From a virus (taxonomy: Duplodnaviria; Caudoviricetes), in IMG/VR virus record IMGVR_UViG_3300028599_000005, positions 1 to 57,007 of that record: DNA of 57,007 nt; one strand, written 5' to 3'. A program made the translations under genes and the position numbers. The notes under the pieces were generated by a model. The model worked only from the letters and a program-made list of their open reading frames with translations. It did not search any database and had not been told where the DNA came from. Shown piece after piece: positions 1 to 9,150 of this stretch (its first letter is position 1; each line of letters opens with the position of its first letter).

Positions 1-76
1 TTATGGGTTCACCAATCGGCTGCGACCGGAAGCCGCGAAAGTTCCGGCGGTTCCGAAATCCGTTTCCATGGGGCAT
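1..76 (-). CDS. 5' part of DNA ejection protein (P22 gp7-like, second ORF); continues across the circular junction at 57007
   Basis: AGGAGA RBS then ATG at 76; MPHGNGFRNRRNFRGFRSQPIGEPI joins in frame (1+2 nt codon) to SGGDTEIAHVSPGETLV at the other end of the window. Confidence 0.8.
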   Translation of the reverse strand, partial: MPHGNGFRNRRNFRGFRSQPIGEPI

Positions 77-87
77 TGTTTTCTCCT

Positions 88-432
88 TCAGCCGCGGAAT
101 CGTCTGCGTATTGGTGCGATAGCGGTGGGTTCCTCGGCTGGATTGGTGCGAAACCCGCCACTAACGGGGTTTCCGGCTTCGTCGATTACCGGCCCGTCGG
201 CTTGGCTCCCGGGGAAGTTCACCGGCAGGCCCTGCAATGCGGCAAGCTCGAATGCCGCCGCCGTCCCGATTTCGCGAAACGGGCCGAGATCGGAGCGTAT
301 CTGTGCGCCCTGACCGGCCTGTAGCGCCGCGGCGCTCTTTGCCGCGCTGGCCGCTTTGTTACCCGCTATGATGGATGTCCCCGCGCCGATAGCCGCTGCG
401 CCGAGAATCGCCGTCGTCGCCGTAATCGCCAT
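88..432 (-). CDS. Ejection/pilot protein N-terminal part (P22 gp7-like leader)
   Basis: Hydrophobic Ala/Gly N-terminus and IRSDLGPFREIG motif; position after the tail genes. Confidence 0.65.
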   Translation of the reverse strand: MAITATTAILGAAAIGAGTSIIAGNKAASAAKSAAALQAGQGAQIRSDLGPFREIGTAAAFELAALQGLPVNFPGSQADGPVIDEAGNPVSGGFRTNPAEEPTAIAPIRRRFRG

Positions 433-860
433 TACAATCTCCTGACGTAAATATGCTCCAGGGGCCGGTATCCGGCCCGCTGGTATATCGCCCCGACAAT
501 TTCGGGATTGAGCGCTTCAAGCGCGATCATGTGCATGGTCTGGGCCCCCTTGTCTTTCGCCGCTGCCTCCAGTGCCGCCAGAAGCGATTTGCCGGCTCCG
601 CGGTGCTCCGGGTCCACCCACCAGAACATTTCCACGGCGGCGCTCTGAGCGGTCATATAGATCGGGGATACCAGCGCCCCGGCCATGCCGTGCGGACCGA
701 TCAGCAAAATACCGGCGGCGGACTCGATCAACATCCGCGCCGTCGATTCGGCCGCGGCGTCATTGTAGTCCCCCAGTATCGGGGCATTCATTTCCTCGAA
801 AAACCGCCGGCCCATATCCACTATCCGCGGGATATCGCCATGCACGGCCTTGCGGATCAT
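432..860 (-). CDS. GNAT family acetyltransferase
   Basis: WWVDPEHRGAGKSLL motif A and YQRAGY motif B. Confidence 0.85.
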   Translation of the reverse strand: MIRKAVHGDIPRIVDMGRRFFEEMNAPILGDYNDAAAESTARMLIESAAGILLIGPHGMAGALVSPIYMTAQSAAVEMFWWVDPEHRGAGKSLLAALEAAAKDKGAQTMHMIALEALNPEIVGAIYQRAGYRPLEHIYVRRL

Positions 861-1183
861 GTCTCCAGCGCCCCGGAAGTCCTGAGTTTCGCCAGCAGGT
901 CGTTGTGATCCGCCAGTAGTTGGTTGTGGTCCGTAACCAGTTGGTTTACGTCCGCCTTCAACTCGTTGATCAGATTCTGCTCCGGCGCCCCGTACCCACC
1001 GGACGCATCGGCGGTATCGACCGAAACCGTGGATGCCGTGGTGTCGCCCCTCGCCGCTGCCTGCTTCACGAAGCCCAGTGTGGAAGTGCTCGCGCCCGTC
1101 AGCAATTCGCGGATTTTCTCGAAGAACAGCGCGCTCTGGTTGGTTTTCTGAAACTCGGGCGGGGTGAGTTGCAGCAGGCTCAT
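857..1183 (-). CDS. Putative tail needle/plug (P22 gp26 position)
   Basis: Synteny after the gp10-like gene; heptad coiled-coil C-terminus. Confidence 0.45.
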   Translation of the reverse strand: MSLLQLTPPEFQKTNQSALFFEKIRELLTGASTSTLGFVKQAAARGDTTASTVSVDTADASGGYGAPEQNLINELKADVNQLVTDHNQLLADHNDLLAKLRTSGALET

Positions 1184-2571
1184 GGGTTCTTGCCCCCGTA
1201 TATGGTGAACTTCGTGGGTTCGCTATAGGTCAGCCGGAAATTGCGCAATTTTGCCATGCCGAACCGCCTCCACACCGCGCGCTTCATATATTCACCGATT
1301 TTCCCGATGCCGGCCCAACGCTCGTTCGACCATGTTTTCCCGCCGTTTTTGGAAAACTGCATCACGACCTGGGGATTCGATCCCTGGCCGGAAGTCAATC
1401 CCACTCCATGTTCGAACACGACCTGAATTTCCGGGATTTCGATATCGTCGACGCCATCACCGATCGGAAAGGATATCGCCTGCCTCTGAAGCGCGTTGGC
1501 GCCGTCGGTGTAATTCGCCAGGTTCATTTCATAAACGATGCCGAGCTGATAGTCTCCAACGAGATGCTTTCCATAGACACTCGCGTAACTGTCGCCGCGC
1601 CACCTTCCCGCCGCGAAACTCGAACGCTCGTGCCACAATCCCGTTTTGGCGTCGTAGACCTCGGCATTCCCGGTATCAAAGCCCAGCACGTAAAAGGCGT
1701 GACCCTCGTCTTTATAGGTCCACGCCCTTGCCCCTGTCCTTCCCCTGATGCGGAATTCGACGCCATGATCGGAAATCTTGGTCGGCTGAACGCCGGTAAA
1801 GCTATACACATTACCGTCACTGCCAAGCCCGTACATTGCCTGATCAACGCTGGCGAAGGTGCCCCGAACGCCGCCGATGTCCTCCAGCACGGCCCCGCCG
1901 ATGCGCGCGAAGGCGAAGGGGGAAGCGGCGGAGTTGAAGTAAAGCTCCATCGTGCGCTCGCCGATCAGCCACAGATTGCCCGCATGGGCAAAACACTGAA
2001 CCAGATTGTCCGGCGCCGATTCCGCAGTTCCGAACGACAGAGAATTCCACGATTTCGCGTTATTCAGATCCGAGGCGTAAACCTGTCCCGTATTGGCCTT
2101 GGTGTAGAGGATGTACTGGTCGAGGAATGTCAAACTCGTCGCGTCGTCGGTAAAATCCGGATCGAGCGCCGATATACTCTGAAGCAATGTTCCGTCCCAG
2201 ATATACCCCGTGCCGGCCGAATTTATAATTACCAATTGGTCCGCCGCGTTGCTCGACATGAACACGTCGCCCGAACCCGCGATGAACCCCGCCGCACCGC
2301 GTAGCGTTTCCACCCCGGCGCTGTCGATTTCGTAGAGGTCCGTTCCCGACACCACGAACAAGGTAGACGCGTTCGATATGTTCATTTGGCGCATGCCGCG
2401 GATCGGCCCAACCCCGACCACGGAAAAATTCATCAGGCCCGGCGTTGAACGAAGGACCACCTGGGAAGTGGAACGCTGCGGCGTTTCCTCGGGGAAAAGG
2501 TTGATCAGACGCTCCGCATTGAGCGATTGCGACCTTCCCGAGTAGCTTGCCAGCGCGAAGGGGATCAGCAT
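1180..2571 (-). CDS. Tail hub / packaged-DNA stabilisation protein (P22 gp10-like)
   Basis: 463 aa with AESAPDNLV, YKDEGHAFYVL, SKNGGKTWSNERW and WRRFG motifs. Confidence 0.85.
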   Translation of the reverse strand: MLIPFALASYSGRSQSLNAERLINLFPEETPQRSTSQVVLRSTPGLMNFSVVGVGPIRGMRQMNISNASTLFVVSGTDLYEIDSAGVETLRGAAGFIAGSGDVFMSSNAADQLVIINSAGTGYIWDGTLLQSISALDPDFTDDATSLTFLDQYILYTKANTGQVYASDLNNAKSWNSLSFGTAESAPDNLVQCFAHAGNLWLIGERTMELYFNSAASPFAFARIGGAVLEDIGGVRGTFASVDQAMYGLGSDGNVYSFTGVQPTKISDHGVEFRIRGRTGARAWTYKDEGHAFYVLGFDTGNAEVYDAKTGLWHERSSFAAGRWRGDSYASVYGKHLVGDYQLGIVYEMNLANYTDGANALQRQAISFPIGDGVDDIEIPEIQVVFEHGVGLTSGQGSNPQVVMQFSKNGGKTWSNERWAGIGKIGEYMKRAVWRRFGMAKLRNFRLTYSEPTKFTIYGGKNP

Positions 2572-2969
2572 CAGCCGGTATTGATGTCGTAGCGGCCTTC
2601 GCCGGACAATCCGGGCATCCCCGCCTCGAATGTCAGTTCCGCGGGTTCTGCATAGGCCGCCCAGATGGCGTTCCAGCCCTTGTTCGCGACCGTTGCGACG
2701 GCACCCGTGATGGGGCGGCCATACTCGGACGCCAGGCGCGCCGCCAGCAGATATTCTATCGCCTCGTGGTATTCCGGCGGCATGATATGGTCGTCCGACA
2801 AGGCGAGGTCGTTATGCCCGATATCTGCCCCCCTGCCCTTCCAGCCGTGCATCATCTTGTTGAGCACCGCAAGGCCATCATCGGTTTCCGACGACGTGGG
2901 ATTCTCGCCATCGGGCGTAACGCGCAGGATACGGAAGGCGCTGTATATGCTGTCGCGGGCGGTGGTCAT
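2571..2969 (-). CDS. Head-tail adaptor (P22 gp4-like)
   Basis: DGLAVLNKMMHGW and YLLAARLASEYG motifs; synteny. Confidence 0.75.
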   Translation of the reverse strand: MTTARDSIYSAFRILRVTPDGENPTSSETDDGLAVLNKMMHGWKGRGADIGHNDLALSDDHIMPPEYHEAIEYLLAARLASEYGRPITGAVATVANKGWNAIWAAYAEPAELTFEAGMPGLSGEGRYDINTG

Positions 2970-3304
2970 GGAAGATCCCTTTCAAGCGTAATCGTGCCTT
3001 CCTGAACCAGATTGACCGCGCCGGACTTCGTGACTTCTACGGCATGCCGGTAGCGGCCCGGTTTCAGGCTGGCGGTGTCGGCCGCTGGCAGCGACAGCGT
3101 ATAGCTTCCATCCGCCGCTACGACCACGGTAATGCCGTCGCCGATCGATTTGGTGACGCTGGTCGTAAAGCGGCCCCTCGGCCCGATGCGCCATGAAATC
3201 GTCGCGCCGGTCAGGTCGATGATGTTTCCGCCACAGTCCCGCGCAATGAAGGTTTCCGAGGGTGTCAGGTCGGTCCCACGGACCAGCCGGTAGTTACGCC
3301 GCAT
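2966..3304 (-). CDS. Ig-like/BppU-like virion protein
   Basis: IDLTGAT...LPAADTASL...GRYRH...GTITL pattern. Confidence 0.55.
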   Translation of the reverse strand: MRRNYRLVRGTDLTPSETFIARDCGGNIIDLTGATISWRIGPRGRFTTSVTKSIGDGITVVVAADGSYTLSLPAADTASLKPGRYRHAVEVTKSGAVNLVQEGTITLERDLP

Positions 3305-3698
3305 CGCGGATCATCGCCTGGATTTGGGCCTTGGTGAAGCCGACCTTGGCTTTGTTGCCGGTGACTTCGGTATAGCGCGCCCGGATTTGCGCCATTGACA
3401 CCTCGTCGGTGGGCATGTCCTCGATGTTCACGGCGGGATTTTGGTCATCGGCCGGCGGTTCCACGGGCGCCGGATCGACAGACGGCAACGTTCCGCGAGG
3501 GGCCGGAGGTTCCTGGCATTTGGCCGGGGAATCCGTCCAGCCCTCGTCTTCCGGTATGTCGGCGGGATGATCGAACAGCCTGGACTCCGGCTTGCCACCG
3601 GCCCGGTAGCGGTAGCGCCATGTCTTGTGCGCGTTTTCGGCCCGCGTATCCTTGTCCAGCTTTTCCTGGATCAACTGCGCTTCGGTAGGCTCTGGCAT
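3294..3698 (-). CDS. Hypothetical protein
   Basis: ORF with GAGGA RBS, coupled within the late operon. Confidence 0.7.
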   Translation of the reverse strand: MPEPTEAQLIQEKLDKDTRAENAHKTWRYRYRAGGKPESRLFDHPADIPEDEGWTDSPAKCQEPPAPRGTLPSVDPAPVEPPADDQNPAVNIEDMPTDEVSMAQIRARYTEVTGNKAKVGFTKAQIQAMIRDAA

Positions 3699-3705
3699 GG
3701 TTTCC

Positions 3706-4020
3706 TCATTTGTTGAGCATCTGGTTCATCGCATAGACGAGATTGTGGGCCGGACGGGTGACGCTCGGCACTGTTGGCGTCTTCCCGGTGAAGCTGGCGT
3801 ACAACGGCCTCGCACCGCCATACAGCCCAAGCCTGGTAATGTGCGCCACGGGATGTCCGGCGCCGGCGGATTTCCCGGCGAAACTTGCGTAACGCGGCCT
3901 AGCGCCGCCGTACGCCCCCAGACGGGTAATATGGGCGACGGAACGCCCTGCAGCCGTCTTGCCCGCAAAACTCCCATAGGGCGGTCGCGGCCCGCCATGC
4001 GCGCCAAGCCGCGTAATCAT
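3706..4020 (-). CDS. Small basic protein with three ~30-aa tandem repeats
   Basis: ITRLGxxGGxRPxYxSFxGK x3. Confidence 0.7.
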   Translation of the reverse strand: MITRLGAHGGPRPPYGSFAGKTAAGRSVAHITRLGAYGGARPRYASFAGKSAGAGHPVAHITRLGLYGGARPLYASFTGKTPTVPSVTRPAHNLVYAMNQMLNK

Positions 4021-4021
4021 T

Positions 4022-5125
4022 TTACACGATCACAAACGTATCGCCCGAAACCGGTGCCGTTGTCAGGGCCGTGAAGGTAAGGGTGTTTGTCGCCGCCGTG
4101 CAGCCCGTGATGTCGGTTGCCTGCCCCCGCAATGCAGCGGTCGTGGTATCGGAGGCGAAGATAATCGTGCGCCCGTTGAACTGGTCGTCTACCGTGATGC
4201 CAATATCGGAGACCATCGTGGTTGTCGTGGGCGTGCCCGAAGCGATTCCAATGAGGATCGTGTCGACGGACGCCTCGAAGTTCGTTCCTGACTGCGTGAT
4301 CCCGCCAGCCGAGGATATATTCGAGTCCATTCTGCTGTTCACCAAGGCGGCCGGCAAACGCGCCTGAATATCGTCGGTATCCGCCTGGACCGCAATAACG
4401 TCTATCGAAACGTTATCGCCCGCCGCATCTGTCGCGACCGCCTGATAGATCGTCGTGGCATCGGCAACGGGATCGCCGATTGCCTGTCCGAACGTGCCTT
4501 GTGTCTGGTGTCCCGTGGCGTCTTCATCCCAAATGGCGTCGGACATCGTTGTGTCGTTGGCCGCGCTGTCATCGATAATAACACCCGCCGCGCCGGTGAT
4601 GATGTCAAGGTCGTTCTGTGCCGTCGTAAGGCTTGCAGCCGTGGCCAGGTCGTCGATTCCCGTCGCGCCACCGGCAGAGGTCGCGAGCCCGCCCGCCGCA
4701 TCCGCCGCCGCATTGGGTAGCGCCGTCATGCCGCCGCGCACGGAATCCCGCAAATCGACATCGGTCAAATCGATCAGCAGGGGCCGCATCATGGTGTTGT
4801 TCGCGCCCGCCGCCACGAGTTGAATAACGACATAATCGACACCGGTCGCGAAAGCCGCGTCGGGCACGTCCAGCCTGTAGAGGCCCGGCATGTTGACGGA
4901 ATCGATTTCGATGAACCCGCCGTCGGCATGCACCCCGGCCACAGTCTGCGTAATCAGGGTGAAATCCACCCGCGCCGCGCCCTGCCGGTGGTAGGAAGCC
5001 GACCCTCCGGTCTCTATATCGCTGAACAGTAACCCGGTCGTAGGCTCGCCCGGCGCTGTTCCGCCATCGTCATCGACGAAATAAACATCGACCGTGACGT
5101 TGATTTTGCCGGCGGTGATGATCAT
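4022..5125 (-). CDS. Putative virion accessory/fibre protein
   Basis: Ala/Thr/Asp-rich 367 aa; shares the IQxRLPAALV motif with 5301..6548. Confidence 0.7.
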   Translation of the reverse strand: MIITAGKINVTVDVYFVDDDGGTAPGEPTTGLLFSDIETGGSASYHRQGAARVDFTLITQTVAGVHADGGFIEIDSVNMPGLYRLDVPDAAFATGVDYVVIQLVAAGANNTMMRPLLIDLTDVDLRDSVRGGMTALPNAAADAAGGLATSAGGATGIDDLATAASLTTAQNDLDIITGAAGVIIDDSAANDTTMSDAIWDEDATGHQTQGTFGQAIGDPVADATTIYQAVATDAAGDNVSIDVIAVQADTDDIQARLPAALVNSRMDSNISSAGGITQSGTNFEASVDTILIGIASGTPTTTTMVSDIGITVDDQFNGRTIIFASDTTTAALRGQATDITGCTAATNTLTFTALTTAPVSGDTFVIV

Positions 5126-5304
5126 AGCGCCGGCCCCGCGTCAAACCCGCCATGCAATCCTGGGGGATTGAGCAGCAGCAGGCGGTTGGTTGCGGCCACG
5201 GCAGAAGTCACCGAAATCAATTGGCGCGGGATGGGCTGGAGTATCCAGATCGGGCGGAGGTTTCCGGCAAAGGCGGCGATATTCGTCTGCTGGTGGAAAA
5301 TCAT
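5122..5304 (-). CDS. Small hypothetical protein
   Basis: ATGA overlaps with both neighbours. Confidence 0.55.
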   Translation of the reverse strand: MIFHQQTNIAAFAGNLRPIWILQPIPRQLISVTSAVAATNRLLLLNPPGLHGGFDAGPAL

Positions 5305-6548
5305 ACCCCGCCCCCCGTCACGATGGGCACGAAAGCATCGTCGGGCGCTCCGGGAGTCCCGCCGGTGGCGGTAAAGCGGAAGATGATGACGCCGCCATTC
5401 ATGTCGGCTGCGGATGCGTCGTATTGGTACATGCCGTTGGCGATCTCGGCGAACGTCCCGGTGCCGGCCCCGAAGGCCCCACCGTCGATAGACCTGGTAA
5501 CGGCAGTGCCCGTCGCGCCAGTGACCGGCGTTACATGGTCCGAGGCCGCGACAAACAGAACCGGAATGTTGTTGAAAACGGCATTCTGGGTCGGCAGGAG
5601 ACCGTCGCGGATTTCATCGACCGCATCGGCAGCGAGCGCATTGGCGTCGATGGCGCCCGCCGCGAACTTGGCGGCGGTGATCGCTGCCGCGTTGATGGCC
5701 GTGGCCGTGATGACGTTGGCCTGCATGGCGCTGACATCGGCATCAATCGCGCCGCCGACGAGAGCCGCCGGAAGACGGGACTGGATATTCTGCGTGTCCG
5801 CCTCGATGTCTGAAAGAACGGCGTCGACGTTCGTCTTCAATTGGAGACCGATGCTGGAGGCGGTTGCGACGGCTGATGCCAGAACGTCCCAGACGGAGAC
5901 TGCCAAGGCGGTGGAGAATGCCGTCAGGGTGCGCGAGGCGCTGGCCCAAACCTTGTCAGCGGCCGTCTGGGTGATGTCCACCAATCCGGTCGTGACGGTG
6001 ATCGACATATCCGCGAAGTTCGACGGGAAGGCCTGCGTCAGGCTGTATCCCGTCTTGCCGATATTCCAGTCACCTTTCCCGTTCAGCGCGGCGGCCTCGA
6101 TCTGCGCCGCAGCAAGAGTTCCTATGGACGTGTCGAAATCAATCGGCACTTCGCCCGTGGCGAGAACGTCGAGGGTGCGGCCCGCCGTGGTGCTCTGGAG
6201 CGGCCCAGCCGAGGCCGCGCCGTACATCGCGTCGTACACCGCCTCCTCGACCACATAGGCCCGCGTGTAGACGGGCAGGCAGACGGAAACGTCCTGCACG
6301 ACGAACACCACTTCTCCCACGGTATCGAGATCGGTCGTCGACGCGGTGTAGTCGTACCATCCCGCAGCCCCGGTGACGGCGACGAAGGCCCCGGCCATCG
6401 CAACGGTAGCGGCACCGTTGGCCTTCAACACTTCGGCCTCGTCCGCGGCAGCAAGCGTGATCCCCGTTTCCGGCGTCGCGCCGTCGCCAACATCGACGAA
6501 CGGCCCCATGCGGATATCGATGGAGGTGCTTTGCTTCAAAATCAGCAT
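5301..6548 (-). CDS. Putative virion accessory/fibre protein
   Basis: Start MLILKQ at a TGATG overlap; Ala-rich; related N- and C-terminal beta domains. Confidence 0.7.
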   Translation of the reverse strand: MLILKQSTSIDIRMGPFVDVGDGATPETGITLAAADEAEVLKANGAATVAMAGAFVAVTGAAGWYDYTASTTDLDTVGEVVFVVQDVSVCLPVYTRAYVVEEAVYDAMYGAASAGPLQSTTAGRTLDVLATGEVPIDFDTSIGTLAAAQIEAAALNGKGDWNIGKTGYSLTQAFPSNFADMSITVTTGLVDITQTAADKVWASASRTLTAFSTALAVSVWDVLASAVATASSIGLQLKTNVDAVLSDIEADTQNIQSRLPAALVGGAIDADVSAMQANVITATAINAAAITAAKFAAGAIDANALAADAVDEIRDGLLPTQNAVFNNIPVLFVAASDHVTPVTGATGTAVTRSIDGGAFGAGTGTFAEIANGMYQYDASAADMNGGVIIFRFTATGGTPGAPDDAFVPIVTGGGV

Positions 6549-7738
6549 CAGTTGTTCGCCATCTGTTTGTAATGATGCATGAACACGGGAATCGGCGTGC
6601 TGGCCGCGACCCACGGCCCGTCCGCGAAGGCATCGCTGTCATAGGTCAGTTCAAGCGTCTGGTTGCCGTGATTCGCCGCTCGCGTGGCGGCCACCAGGCA
6701 TTCGAAACGGTCGCCCGCACCCCCCGCGGTCCATGAGACACTGCCAGTCGTCGCGAGTTTCAGTCCGGCGGGCGCGGCGAACAGCGCCTCGGTCTGCGCC
6801 TTCGTTTCCAGATCGACGGTAAGGCCGGTATTGACCCGCGCGAAATGCCCGGTTGCCGCCCCGGCCGCCCGCAGACCGAAGGTGATGTCCGCGTCCACCG
6901 TGGAAGCATCGAGTTGGCAGCGGTATGTCCCGGTCGGCCATGCGGCGCTGTCTGGCTGGCCTGCGGCGGTCGTGAAGCAAAAGACCAGGAATGCATCGCC
7001 GCCTCCGAGAGTGTCGGATTCAAGCTCTCCGGCGCCGGCCGTGGTATCGAGGAGGTTTTCCAGGGTAGCATTGTCGGTCGCGTGAATGCCCGTCGCGGAA
7101 TCGGTGTCGCGCTGGAAGTAGGTCTTGGTGCCGAAGGGTTTGTTGTAGAATCCCATCGAACGCTGCGGCGCGACGATGCCGTTTTTCAGCCTCGACGGAT
7201 CGACTCCGTCCGTCCATTCCCGCCAGCCGCGCGGCGTACGTGCGGACTCCAGTTGGGTGTGCAGCGCGTCCGGCGTCCATATCCCGTGCCGCGCGTTGCC
7301 GGGCTTGCGGAATTCCGCCCACGTTTTCAGAACGGTATTCTCGATAGGCCCCAACGCCTTGAAGCGCGCCATGACGGCGGGCGCGCAATACAGCACCGTT
7401 TCCCCATAGGTGTTGATCGCGCCGCCCAGGTTCGGGGCTTCCCGCAGCGGCCACAGTGTCAACTGGCGCGCGTAGAATTCCTCCGGCGGAATGTCTCCGG
7501 GATCGTCCTTCCAGGCCGTGATGCGGCATTTCCCACCGGCCATGTCGCGCACGGCGACATGGTCGTAGCCCATAAACCCCGTGCCCATGCAGGAGAGCGC
7601 ATTGGTCCAGCCTTGTGTGTCGTCCAGAACCTCACCCCCCACGGGAACGGGACGCAGCGGCAGCCGGTTCCAGTCGGCGGAATCTATGGCTTTCCAGTCC
7701 AGGCCCTTCGCGGTGGCCCACTGGACATAGAGTTTCAT
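6548..7738 (-). CDS. Hypothetical (probable virion) protein
   Basis: 396-aa ORF coupled to both neighbours. Confidence 0.7.
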   Translation of the reverse strand: MKLYVQWATAKGLDWKAIDSADWNRLPLRPVPVGGEVLDDTQGWTNALSCMGTGFMGYDHVAVRDMAGGKCRITAWKDDPGDIPPEEFYARQLTLWPLREAPNLGGAINTYGETVLYCAPAVMARFKALGPIENTVLKTWAEFRKPGNARHGIWTPDALHTQLESARTPRGWREWTDGVDPSRLKNGIVAPQRSMGFYNKPFGTKTYFQRDTDSATGIHATDNATLENLLDTTAGAGELESDTLGGGDAFLVFCFTTAAGQPDSAAWPTGTYRCQLDASTVDADITFGLRAAGAATGHFARVNTGLTVDLETKAQTEALFAAPAGLKLATTGSVSWTAGGAGDRFECLVAATRAANHGNQTLELTYDSDAFADGPWVAASTPIPVFMHHYKQMANN

Positions 7739-8262
7739 TCGCAGACGGCGCTGTCGGCCAATGCGGATGCCGCGGAGTCGATCCGGTCGTAATTCGCCGT
7801 GCCGAACGGCAGGCCGGGAAGTGTTATGTCGGTGCCCATGATCGCCAGCAGGGAGATCGCCTGATCCCCGTTCGCCCCGAAGGTGCCGGTCACCGGGTCG
7901 TTCTGCGCGAGGCTCTCGAAATAGGTTTCGCGCCGCCCCTTGGCCGGGGATTGATCGTACCAGGATACCATGATGCCTTCCTTGCCTTCCGGCGTTGGCC
8001 GCTGGATATACGCCAACCCATAGGATTCGTGGCCGTTATATCCCGTCGCCACGGGATTGAGCAGCGGGTTGTCGTACAGTAGGCGGATATGCACGATATC
8101 ATGATCGTCGCGCAGCCGCTGCACGCCGCTCCATGGCACGGTGACCATGCGCAGGTCCGCCGGCGCCTCGAATTCCGGAAGGTGATAAACGATGGCCACG
8201 CAGTTCGCCGCGAGCGCGGGGAAGGGAAACAGCAGGGCGAGAACGAACAGCAGTTTCTTCAT
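7735..8262 (-). CDS. Hypothetical protein with signal peptide
   Basis: MKKLLFVLALLFPFPALA-A; AGGAGA RBS. Confidence 0.7.
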   Translation of the reverse strand: MKKLLFVLALLFPFPALAANCVAIVYHLPEFEAPADLRMVTVPWSGVQRLRDDHDIVHIRLLYDNPLLNPVATGYNGHESYGLAYIQRPTPEGKEGIMVSWYDQSPAKGRRETYFESLAQNDPVTGTFGANGDQAISLLAIMGTDITLPGLPFGTANYDRIDSAASALADSAVCE

Positions 8263-8286
8263 GGCGATTCTCCTTCTGTCAGTTCA

Positions 8287-8820
8287 TCAACTCGCCCGGA
8301 TTTCCTCGATGCGGCGCTGGATATCGGCCTGCCGGTCATGCTCGGCCTGCGCCGCGGCCTCGCGCTCCGCAATACGGCTCTGCCGAGCGTCAAGTGCATC
8401 GGCGCGGGCGTTCAGCTCGGTTTCGCGCACATCCAGGGCGTCGGTACGGTTCTCCGCTTCTTTCGCGGCGGCCTCCTGCTCCCTCTTGAACGACCTTTTG
8501 TCATTGGCAAGCGTCCGCTTCCCTTCGGACAGGGTGTCCTCGCGCTCCCGCAAGGCTGTGTCGGCCTTGTCCGCCTCGGCCTTGCGCTCCTGCACAAACT
8601 GGATGTCGGCGTCCACAGCCGCCCTGTCGGTTTTCAGGGCCTTTCTTTCGGCGGCGATTTCCGCGCTGATTTCCGCCGCAGCCGCGATCGTCTTTTTCGA
8701 CTCCTCGTCTGCCTTGACCATCGCCTTGATGGTCTTCTTTAGCCCAGGATCCTTCTCGACAAGTTCGATCAGTTTCAGCATCCCGTCCGCATCCTTGCGG
8801 CTCACACCTCCAGGCATCAT
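8287..8820 (-). CDS. Coiled-coil hypothetical protein
   Basis: E/K/R/A-rich heptads. Confidence 0.7.
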   Translation of the reverse strand: MMPGGVSRKDADGMLKLIELVEKDPGLKKTIKAMVKADEESKKTIAAAAEISAEIAAERKALKTDRAAVDADIQFVQERKAEADKADTALREREDTLSEGKRTLANDKRSFKREQEAAAKEAENRTDALDVRETELNARADALDARQSRIAEREAAAQAEHDRQADIQRRIEEIRAS

Positions 8821-9128
8821 GATGCGGCCTCCGTGATATTGACGTTGCCGCCGGTGGCGACCTGCAGGAAGGCTATATGTTCGTCCGGCTCGACTTCCCA
8901 GAAATACGAGCCGTTGGCGCGCAGCACCGTTCCCGTACTCGATGTCACCGTGACATCGGCCTTTCCGACCAGCATGTACACGTCTTCGTCCGGCGTGATG
9001 TAAACGCCGATAACGTTTTTGCTGATGCCGATTGCAGTTCGCACCGAGGCGGCCCCGGCGGTGACGTTTTCAACCCGGCCCTGCCGAATGATCGGCATCG
9101 GCTGGCCGGAGGCGGACGCGGTTCTCAT
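8817..9128 (-). CDS. Small beta-rich virion protein
   Basis: AGGAG RBS; position in head accessory block. Confidence 0.6.
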   Translation of the reverse strand: MRTASASGQPMPIIRQGRVENVTAGAASVRTAIGISKNVIGVYITPDEDVYMLVGKADVTVTSSTGTVLRANGSYFWEVEPDEHIAFLQVATGGNVNITEAAS

Positions 9129-9150
9129 TGCATTTGCTCCTGTGAATTTA

